Below are positions 1 to 6,825 of a DNA stretch of 13,170 nt, in pieces. The position numbers and the translations under genes are program-made. Within the stretch, counting starts at the first letter, position 1; each line of letters opens with the position of its first letter. The stretch is from Candidatus Hermodarchaeota archaeon. GTDB lineage: Archaea > Asgardarchaeota > Lokiarchaeia > Sigyniarchaeales > SOKP01. The notes beneath the pieces are model-generated. The model worked only from the letters and a program-made list of their open reading frames with translations, made no database searches and had not been told where the DNA came from. The stretch spans positions 1-13,170 of the forward strand of contig JBHLLO010000071.1 of NCBI GenBank assembly GCA_048885535.1, written 5' to 3'.

Positions 1-1
1 A

Positions 2-166
2 TCCTTGTTTAAACCTGTATTAGTCAAAGAGTTTCCGCTAGACGAAGATTTGTTAAAAATTGTTAAAATAATTAAAGATATTGATATTAACTCATTAACT
101 CCCGTAGAAGCAATGAAAAAATTAATTGAAATTAAAGAAAAATTACAATCCGAGAAAGTTAATTGA
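2..166 (+). CDS. mutS: DNA mismatch repair protein MutS, C-terminal 54 aa (partial, runs off the left edge; not in the ORF track)
   Basis: Frame 2 reads SLFKPVLVKEFPLDEDLLKIVKIIKDIDINSLTPVEAMKKLIEIKEKLQSEKVN*. The ID-INSLTP-xEA-xxxL-xE-xK tail is the typical MutS1 C-terminus. The TGA stop (164-166) overlaps the mutL ATG. Confidence 0.88.
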   Translation, partial: SLFKPVLVKEFPLDEDLLKIVKIIKDIDINSLTPVEAMKKLIEIKEKLQSEKVN

Positions 167-2037
167 TGCGACAAAGGATTCAAAAAATAATTGATGCTGA
201 AAAAATTGCTGCTGGAGAGGTGGTAGAAAGACCTTCAAATGTAGTAAAAGAATTAATTGAAAATAGTATTGATGCTAAAGCAAATGAAATACGGATTATT
301 ATAAAGAAAGCAGGTAAATTGTTAATACAAGTTATCGATGATGGAATCGGAATACCTCCAGAAGAGATTGAAATTGCTTTTGGCAGACATACTAGTAGCA
401 AAATTAGAAGAATAGAGGATTTAGATACATTACAATCTTTAGGTTTCAGAGGAGAGGCTTTAGCAAGTATCTCCGCTGTGAGTCAAGTTGAAATCATATC
501 TAGAGTTAAGGAAAATGACTTAGGAGTTAAATTAGTTATTGAAGGTGGGAAAATAAGGAAAAAAGAAGAAATTTCTTGTCCGATTGGTACTGATATCAAA
601 GTGAAAAATCTATTTTTTAACATAGCTGCTAGAAGAAAGTTCCTAAAGAAGGATACCACAGAACTTGGTCATATTACGGATATTGTTCAACGATACTCAT
701 TAGCATTTCCCGAACTCCATTTTATTTATATACATAATGATTTAACTATCCTTAACTGTCCAGCGGGAAATGATTTGAGAACTACAGTATTTCATATCTA
801 TGGAAAAGCTGTTGCTGAAAATATGGAACCAATTAATTTTATTGAAAATGAATTTGGATTAAATGGTTTACTTGGACATAGTGATATCTCCAAAAAAAGT
901 AGAAATTATTCAAGTTTGTATATAAATAATCGTTATATTATTAGTGACTTGTTATTTAGGGCAATACAGGAAGCTTATAAAGAGATATTAATGGTGGGAA
1001 AATACCCTTTTTTCGTTTTAAAGTTGGATTTGAAACCTGCTAAAGTAGACTTTAATATTCATCCAAAGAAGTTACACATAAGGTTTGAAGATGAGGATTT
1101 TATTTACAATAAAGTATATAATGTTATCCGAGAATTTGTGGAAGAAAATTTCATGAAACCGCAAGACAAGTACCTAGAAACTGAAATTACGAGATTTATG
1201 CCACATGAAGATAAAAAATCTGAATTAAGCTTGGAAGAGAGAAGTGACATTAATAATGAAATTTCAATTATTGATTATGAATACGACCAACCTCCATCTA
1301 TTCAACAGGAAAATGAAATACAGAAATCTATTCAACTTGATTTAACTGATCAAATTGAGAAGGCAACTCTAGAAGAGGTTTACACCCCTGAAAAAATCAT
1401 CAGAGAAAAGTTCATTATAGTTAAAAATTTTCCCAAAGTTCGATTAATTTCCAAAACAGGACAATTAAGCAATAAAACTTATATACTCCTTGAAGGCTTT
1501 AATGAAAAAGGAGAAGCGGGGCTTTATATTTTAGATCAGCATGCTGCATCTGAACGCATAAATAAAGAATATCTACTTAATTTTTATGAAAAAACTAAGA
1601 AAAATATACAAAAACTAGTTGCTCCATTAAAAATTGATGTGAGTCCAAGTGAACGATTTTTTTTACTATCAAATTTAGACCAAATAAACAAACTAGGATT
1701 TAAATTTGAGCATTTTGGTGGAAATACATTTGTTCTAAGAGAAATTCCTATAATTTTCTATAGATTACCAAATGTTGAAATTATAAAAGAAATAATTAGT
1801 GATATAACAGAAATAGGTAAGGATAAGAGTTTTTCTGAAATTAAGGAAGAGGTTATTAATTATTTAGCTTGCCATAAAAGTATACGTGGGGGAGATGAGT
1901 TATCTCTTAATAACATAAGAAAACTTCTCCACGATTTAGCTCAATGTAAGGATCCTTATCATTGTGCTCATGGAAGACCAACATTAAAATTTATTTCTTT
2001 TAAAGAGTTTGATAAACTATTCAAAAGAATAATGTAG
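166..2037 (+). CDS. mutL: DNA mismatch repair endonuclease MutL (623 aa from ATG 166)
   Basis: GHKL ATPase motifs KIAAGEVVERP, KELIENSIDA, DDGIGI, HTSSKI and LGFRGEALASI; VDFNIHPKK in the transducer domain; C-terminal endonuclease motifs DQHAASERINKE, ACH and CAHGRP. ATG 166 is preferred over TTG 163 because of the TGATG overlap. Confidence 0.97.
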   Translation: MRQRIQKIIDAEKIAAGEVVERPSNVVKELIENSIDAKANEIRIIIKKAGKLLIQVIDDGIGIPPEEIEIAFGRHTSSKIRRIEDLDTLQSLGFRGEALASISAVSQVEIISRVKENDLGVKLVIEGGKIRKKEEISCPIGTDIKVKNLFFNIAARRKFLKKDTTELGHITDIVQRYSLAFPELHFIYIHNDLTILNCPAGNDLRTTVFHIYGKAVAENMEPINFIENEFGLNGLLGHSDISKKSRNYSSLYINNRYIISDLLFRAIQEAYKEILMVGKYPFFVLKLDLKPAKVDFNIHPKKLHIRFEDEDFIYNKVYNVIREFVEENFMKPQDKYLETEITRFMPHEDKKSELSLEERSDINNEISIIDYEYDQPPSIQQENEIQKSIQLDLTDQIEKATLEEVYTPEKIIREKFIIVKNFPKVRLISKTGQLSNKTYILLEGFNEKGEAGLYILDQHAASERINKEYLLNFYEKTKKNIQKLVAPLKIDVSPSERFFLLSNLDQINKLGFKFEHFGGNTFVLREIPIIFYRLPNVEIIKEIISDITEIGKDKSFSEIKEEVINYLACHKSIRGGDELSLNNIRKLLHDLAQCKDPYHCAHGRPTLKFISFKEFDKLFKRIM

Positions 2038-2051
2038 CTTACTACATTTTT

Positions 2052-2080
2052 AAGAGGATTTAACTTTAAATCTTCTTTTT
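2052..2080 (+). terminator. Hairpin plus T-tract downstream of mutL, putative terminator
   Basis: AAGAGGATTTA (2052-2062) pairs with TAAATCTTCTT (2067-2077) with one G-U pair and an ACTT loop. It runs into TTT-ATTT and starts 14 nt after the mutL stop. Confidence 0.5.
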
Positions 2081-2172
2081 ATTTAAAAATTAAATTATAA
2101 ATATCTATGTTATAACTAGAGGTTTGTTGGATTTAATTATTTTATTCCTCATATATATTAGGAAAGGGAATT

Positions 2173-2721
2173 ATGAATAATAAACCAAGTAAAGAGAAGA
2201 ATATTGAAAACGGTAAAAGTAGGAAATTTAAAATTATTTCAAAAATCCAAGATTTAGAGATTTTAGCAAAAAATGCTGCAATGGTTAGAGATTATGATAA
2301 AGCAATAGAATGTGCTGAAAAAATAATAAGATTAGCAATTAAAGGAAATGTAGATTCTTATATTAAGGAGCAACAAGATTTTTTAGATAAGATCGCTCAA
2401 AAGATCCAGGAAGAATATTATATATCTGAAATTGAAAAACATGCTATGTCAATTAAAAAGATATATGAAACGTTAATTAATACAGATCAAATTAAACAAG
2501 CACATGAAATTTTAGAAACATTTAGAAATAATTACAAGGATCTCTCTTATTTTAATTCGATTCCCTTAATTCAAGATCTTATTAATAAAGATATCAAATT
2601 ATGGGCTCACTATAATCTCTTAAATACTGAAATTGAGGCATCTCAACAGCTAAATAAGAAAGATCTTAAGAACTTAAAAACAGAATTGGAAGATATAAAG
2701 AAATTTTTAAAGTTATTTTGA
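2173..2721 (+). CDS. Hypothetical alpha-helical protein (TPR/MIT-like helical hairpins, C-terminal coiled coil)
   Basis: 182-aa ORF with purine-rich AGGAAAGGGAA upstream. The segment LAKNAAMVRDYDKAIECAEKIIRLA has a TPR-like pattern. No catalytic motifs seen. Confidence 0.7.
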   Translation: MNNKPSKEKNIENGKSRKFKIISKIQDLEILAKNAAMVRDYDKAIECAEKIIRLAIKGNVDSYIKEQQDFLDKIAQKIQEEYYISEIEKHAMSIKKIYETLINTDQIKQAHEILETFRNNYKDLSYFNSIPLIQDLINKDIKLWAHYNLLNTEIEASQQLNKKDLKNLKTELEDIKKFLKLF

Positions 2722-2767
2722 TTTTCCTTAAAAATTTTAGAGAAAAATGAGAAATAAATTAAGTTCT

Positions 2768-3034
2768 TTATGCTTTTGAAAATGCAATACCCTCAATTCC
2801 TTGGATTCCATCTACTTTACCTAGTAGTTCTTCAACTTTATCCGTGCCACCCCATTCCTCAGGATATCTAAGACGAACTCTCACTTTTTTAAGACCAAAA
2901 GCTACAGGCATTATTTCATAATGTTCAATAGAACATGTTTGTGGAAGAGCATTCTTTAATTTTCCTACTAAATCATCAAAATCAATATCTGTGTCCTCTG
3001 GTACTACATCAATTAGCGCTACAAATTCTCCCAT
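2768..3034 (-). CDS. ef1b: Archaeal translation elongation factor 1-beta (88 aa from ATG 3034)
   Basis: MGEFVALIDVVPEDTDIDFDDL...PVAFGLKKV...GGTDKVEELLGKVDGIQ matches the aEF-1beta pattern (PxAFGL, GGTD). It lies next to the Zn-finger gene, a conserved archaeal pairing. Confidence 0.95.
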   Translation of the reverse strand: MGEFVALIDVVPEDTDIDFDDLVGKLKNALPQTCSIEHYEIMPVAFGLKKVRVRLRYPEEWGGTDKVEELLGKVDGIQGIEGIAFSKA

Positions 3035-3069
3035 TTCAATCAACTTAAATTTAAATTTAATTCAAGTAT

Positions 3070-3252
3070 CTAGGGACCTTCAAATTCACATTTAAGGCAC
3101 CTATATGTGTTTCCCATCATTCTGCAACGCTCACATCTCCATATTGTTACATCACCACATTGGGGACACGGAAAATGTACTGCGGCTTCATAAGGAGCAA
3201 TAGGTCGTCCACATGAAAAACACATATTCTTTTTAAAACTTGACATTACCAT
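3070..3252 (-). CDS. Small Zn-ribbon protein, HVO_2753/DUF1610 (COG2888) family
   Basis: Four CxxC pairs (CFSC, CPQC, CERC, CLKC), FPCPxCG, IxRCxxCR and terminal FEGP. Immediately upstream of ef1b. The start could be ATG 3246. Confidence 0.92.
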   Translation of the reverse strand: MVMSSFKKNMCFSCGRPIAPYEAAVHFPCPQCGDVTIWRCERCRMMGNTYRCLKCEFEGP

Positions 3253-3312
3253 TTATGAACCATTGAAATTATAATAGATTACAAAATAAGTAATAGCTTT
3301 AATTGTTTTCGG

Positions 3313-3330
3313 TTATAAATCGTTAATTTT
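3313..3330 (-). promoter_or_regulatory. Candidate BRE/TATA promoter for the Zn-finger/ef1b operon
   Basis: The minus strand reads AAAATTAACGA-TTTATAA about 60 nt upstream of ATG 3252. Weak, because the background is very AT-rich. Confidence 0.35.
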
Positions 3331-3460
3331 AAATTCAATTTAAAATAAAGACAAGATTAATTCTTAAAGGAAATAATATAACTTAATTAAATTTTAAATT
3401 AATAAACGACATATTTAGTATATAATATCTGATTTTTTAGGACATACTTTAAAATATTTC

Positions 3461-3468
3461 AAAGGTGA
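3461..3468 (+). promoter_or_regulatory. Shine-Dalgarno motif AAAGGTGA
   Basis: Archaeal-type GGTGA lies 7 nt upstream of the in-frame ATT at 3476. Similar motifs precede ATG 4748 (GGTGA, - strand) and ATG 10499 (AAGGTG). Confidence 0.55.
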
Positions 3469-3475
3469 GATTTCG

Positions 3476-4012
3476 ATTCCAGAGAATAAAGTAAGAAAGT
3501 ATTTCAGCCTTATAGAAGCATGGGCTTGGTGTGATATCTGCGAAGATATGGTAGCGTTAAAACTCGATAAAAAGGAAATTATTAATGGTCTTAAAATGGG
3601 AATATATACAAAAGAACACAAACATAAAAATTTTTATCCCGATCCAAATGATCCTGACGATATTTCTGGACAGGAGCATACAATATATATATATATAAAT
3701 GATAATTACGATCTTACAGGAGCTCATGCTTTCTTTGGAGAATCTCCAAGCATGGCAGAAGTGGGAGCAGAAACTTTAGAAGCTGGAGGCGAAGTAAGAA
3801 TCCCTGTGGTTGTAAAGGACGTGACTCCTTTGAGTGTTCAATTGGGGATGCTATCTATGGATCAATATAAAGTCTTAAAAGTGTGTGACGGTATGAATAC
3901 CTTAGAGCAAGTTGCCCAAATAGCCCAAAAACCTGTTGAAAAAATCGAAAAAATGATGGACGAACTACGGAAAAAAGGCTTAGTTAAAGTGATTAAAAGA
4001 TCGGCTGCTTAA
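3476..4012 (+). CDS. Putative Zn-binding (CxxC...HxH...H) domain plus C-terminal winged helix-turn-helix; probable 178 aa with ATT start (ORF track start is 3548)
   Basis: The frame is open back to TAG 3416-3418. The extension reads (M)PENKVRKYFSLIEAWAWCDICED-MVALK. The C-terminus VLKVCDGMNTLEQVAQIAQKPVEKIEKMMDELRKKGLVKV has a wHTH pattern. The gene itself is well supported; the start is inferred. Confidence 0.75.
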   Translation: MPENKVRKYFSLIEAWAWCDICEDMVALKLDKKEIINGLKMGIYTKEHKHKNFYPDPNDPDDISGQEHTIYIYINDNYDLTGAHAFFGESPSMAEVGAETLEAGGEVRIPVVVKDVTPLSVQLGMLSMDQYKVLKVCDGMNTLEQVAQIAQKPVEKIEKMMDELRKKGLVKVIKRSAA

Positions 4013-4064
4013 GAAGATTTGGTATAATATTTTTTAGATATCTGAAGTTTTAGATCACATTTCT

Positions 4065-4748
4065 TTAAATTCGTTCTGCACTTGTTAACAATACCATGAT
4101 ATAATCTGCTACACCTTCAATTGAGTCCGAAATTGCTTCTAGAATATCAAAAACATTACCAGCTGTAAATGCAGTAAAAAAATTCACATCATAATGAGTT
4201 TCTTGAAGGCTTTTTCGTAATTTAATATTTAAAATATCTACAGTATGTTCATGGAAATTAATTTGTTTTGCATATTCTTTTATGTTCTTTCTTTCTTCTA
4301 ACAAATCAATTACTATTTTATCTAAGAATTCAACACATTTAACCGTAGCTTTCATCATTTCCAAGATCAATTTTATAGTTTCTGGATTAGTTTGCTCCCA
4401 AAATTTCAGAGGAATCGTAGTAATTCTACGAGCGACCCCGTTACAGCAATTTGCAACATCATCCATTCGCTTTATTAAGTGAGATAAATTCTGTCTTACA
4501 TTAGGATTTAACTCACCACGAGAAATATCTCTCTGAATTTCTCTCCTCAAATCATCAGCATCTCCCTCTAATGTTTCAACCTTTTCAAAAGATTCATTTG
4601 TTGTAACATTATTTTTCTCTGTAAGTAAGATATTCAATCCTTTATCTAATTCCTTTACACACTGCTGTACAATTTGAGCATGTTTAATTGATTTTTCTAA
4701 AACATTTTGTGCAGTTTCTCGTTTCAAATATTCTATTAACGATCCCAT
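4065..4748 (-). CDS. DUF47/TIGR00153 PhoU-like phosphate transport regulator
   Basis: Motifs LEGDADDLRREI, IKRMDDVAN, HEHTVDIL and LEAISDSIEGVAD. Adjacent to a PiT gene; GGTGA RBS at 4753-4757. Confidence 0.9.
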   Translation of the reverse strand: MGSLIEYLKRETAQNVLEKSIKHAQIVQQCVKELDKGLNILLTEKNNVTTNESFEKVETLEGDADDLRREIQRDISRGELNPNVRQNLSHLIKRMDDVANCCNGVARRITTIPLKFWEQTNPETIKLILEMMKATVKCVEFLDKIVIDLLEERKNIKEYAKQINFHEHTVDILNIKLRKSLQETHYDVNFFTAFTAGNVFDILEAISDSIEGVADYIMVLLTSAERI

Positions 4749-4809
4749 TTTATCACCAAATTTTTTTTTCTCATTTTACTATAATTTACAATAAATCTTA
4801 AATATTTTA

Positions 4810-5841
4810 TTAGAATAAACCAAATAGGATTAAACCATAATAGAGTAATCCAGCCATGAGGGCGGCAATTGGAAAAGTGAGAATCCAATATATACCCATT
4901 TTACCCAAACCTTTATAATCAACTTCCCTTTTCTGTGCTAAATTCATTCCAATTATACAAAAAACAATTACATGACTATGTGAAATAGGTAAACCAAAGA
5001 AAGTAGCTATCATTAGAATAAGTGCAGAGCTTATTTGAGTAATCAAGCCTTCGCTTGGACGAGCATCAGTCATTTGAGATGCTAAATTACGTATAACGTA
5101 TCGAGCAGCAAAATATATTCCTAGTAAGGAAAATATTCCACAAATTATTGCAAAGAGATAATATTCTCCTATATTTAATGATCCGTTTTTTAAAAGACCA
5201 AAGAGTATTCCTAAAGCTTCTCCTGAATTTGCCCCGACCCAAATCTCTGCAAATATCACGCTTATTAGCAAGAGCCATTTAAAATATCTTTCAGATTTTT
5301 CAATCTGGTTTAATCCTTTTAATCTCGACAAATAAGTTTTACTTAAAACCTTAAATAACCCATAAGTAATTAATAGCCCAAATAAAGGGGAAAAAACCCA
5401 ACTAAGTAGTACATTTCCTAATTTTTCCCAATTTAATGCTGTTTCAGGATTAACTCCACCTTGAAAAATTGAATATACAATAAGAACTCCAACTACGCTC
5501 CCTATTAATGAATGTGTGCTACTTAAAGGAATCCCCGCATAACTACCAATTACTAGCCAGATAATACTACTTATAATAACAGTTAATAACATATAGGTTG
5601 AATACGTAATTCCCTCTCCCAAAATATCAGAACCAACTGTTTTTGCTACAAATCCAGAACTAAAAGCAATCATACCTCCACCAATGGCTGTACCACCTAT
5701 TAATAAAGCTATTTTGAATTTTATAACTCCAGCTCCAACTAAAGTTGAAAGAGTTTCGTCATTTGCCCCAATAGAAAATGCAAGACCAATTGCTAGTACT
5801 ATAAGAACAATAATTAAAATTAGAGAAAAATTGTCAGCCAT
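4810..5841 (-). CDS. pit: PiT (PHO4)-family inorganic phosphate/anion transporter, short form
   Basis: Polytopic hydrophobic protein with GAND, VAKTVG, GIPLSSTHSLIGSVVG, SWVFSP, GLPISHSH and WILT motifs in two-fold repeats. Confidence 0.92.
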   Translation of the reverse strand: MADNFSLILIIVLIVLAIGLAFSIGANDETLSTLVGAGVIKFKIALLIGGTAIGGGMIAFSSGFVAKTVGSDILGEGITYSTYMLLTVIISSIIWLVIGSYAGIPLSSTHSLIGSVVGVLIVYSIFQGGVNPETALNWEKLGNVLLSWVFSPLFGLLITYGLFKVLSKTYLSRLKGLNQIEKSERYFKWLLLISVIFAEIWVGANSGEALGILFGLLKNGSLNIGEYYLFAIICGIFSLLGIYFAARYVIRNLASQMTDARPSEGLITQISSALILMIATFFGLPISHSHVIVFCIIGMNLAQKREVDYKGLGKMGIYWILTFPIAALMAGLLYYGLILFGLF

Positions 5842-5863
5842 TTTAAATCATGATTTGAAGTAT

Positions 5864-6529
5864 TTAATCAAAAATTAAGTATTTTGTCGCTAGAAACTGA
5901 ATGTATTCGGAAAAACTCTTAATGTGATCAGCCAACATCATAATATCTTCAATTAGTTCCTTAAGATATAGAAATGTTCTTGATAGGTAATCCATATCAT
6001 AGTTATAAAGTTTATCTAACAACCGCCATTCAGCATTTCTCATTTTTCTTCTTTCTTCTTTGATATCCTCACATATATCATGAGCCTTACTTAAATCAGA
6101 TCCTATCAATTTAACCGCATCTGATAAATAATTTGAAATAATTCTTAATGACTTGAGAATGTTTTGTACTTGAAGCTTAAATTCTTTATCAGGGAAAACT
6201 ACCTTATAGAGGAGTAATTTATTAGCTAGAAATTCACCTATATTTTTTATATCATTAATCTTATTGAACAATTTTAGACGATCTGCTTTTGAAAACATCA
6301 GTTTAGATTTAAATATCTTAGATTCAAATTTTTTTTTAATTGAAACTTCTGTATTTGTTTTTATGACATAATTTAGATTTTTTCTAAATTGATCAAAATT
6401 TTCCTCTACAAGATATTCAATTCCTTGGATTAATTTCAAGTTTTGTTCGTTAATTGTGTCCATAAATAAGTGAGTTAGTTGATCAATACTCATCTTACTT
6501 AGTTTTTTGTCTTCAATCTCTTCTTCCAT
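5864..6529 (-). CDS. Divergent DUF47/PhoU-like helical protein
   Basis: Similar length (221 aa) and helical register to the 4065..4748 paralog (KADRLKLFNKINDI; LKELIEDIMMLADHI). First gene of the operon, 22 nt from the pit start. Confidence 0.7.
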   Translation of the reverse strand: MEEEIEDKKLSKMSIDQLTHLFMDTINEQNLKLIQGIEYLVEENFDQFRKNLNYVIKTNTEVSIKKKFESKIFKSKLMFSKADRLKLFNKINDIKNIGEFLANKLLLYKVVFPDKEFKLQVQNILKSLRIISNYLSDAVKLIGSDLSKAHDICEDIKEERRKMRNAEWRLLDKLYNYDMDYLSRTFLYLKELIEDIMMLADHIKSFSEYIQFLATKYLIFD

Positions 6530-6825
6530 TTTATTTCATTTTAGCTTATTCAGAAATAATAAATGAATTTTTGATATAATAAGATAATCTCTATATTCTA
6601 TATATAATGATAATAAAAAATAGTAATTGTTTTTTTGTTAATAATTAAATAAATTTACTAATAAATTCAAAATAGATTCACGATTAATGCTAAAAACGCA
6701 CTCCCAGTTCCTTTAATAATATCTTAGATGTTAATTTTCTTAATTTTTAATTAAAAACTCATAAAGTTTAATTCTTTAATTATATAAGATGATAATTACA
6801 TAAATTAAATTAAATTAAGATTATT

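Noticed and set aside
163-165. TTG start for mutL
   Set aside because: The next codon is ATG (166), which overlaps the mutS stop as TGATG.
180-401. 73-aa antisense ORF
   Set aside because: Shadow of mutL with no motifs.
3046-3059. AT-only palindrome (TTAAAT repeats) upstream of ef1b
   Set aside because: Low complexity, expected by chance in this background.
3415-3621. 68-aa minus-strand ORF
   Set aside because: Antisense to the extended 3476..4012 gene, which has the RBS and motifs.
4282-5878. Short ORFs 4282..4482, 5087..5278 and 5684..5878
   Set aside because: Antisense or out-of-frame overlaps of the well-supported DUF47 and PiT genes.
6530-6825. 296-nt intergenic region with TAAAT repeats, considered as ncRNA, CRISPR or origin
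   Set aside because: Extremely AT-rich divergent promoter region. I saw no stable stem, spaced repeats or ORB-like G-string.
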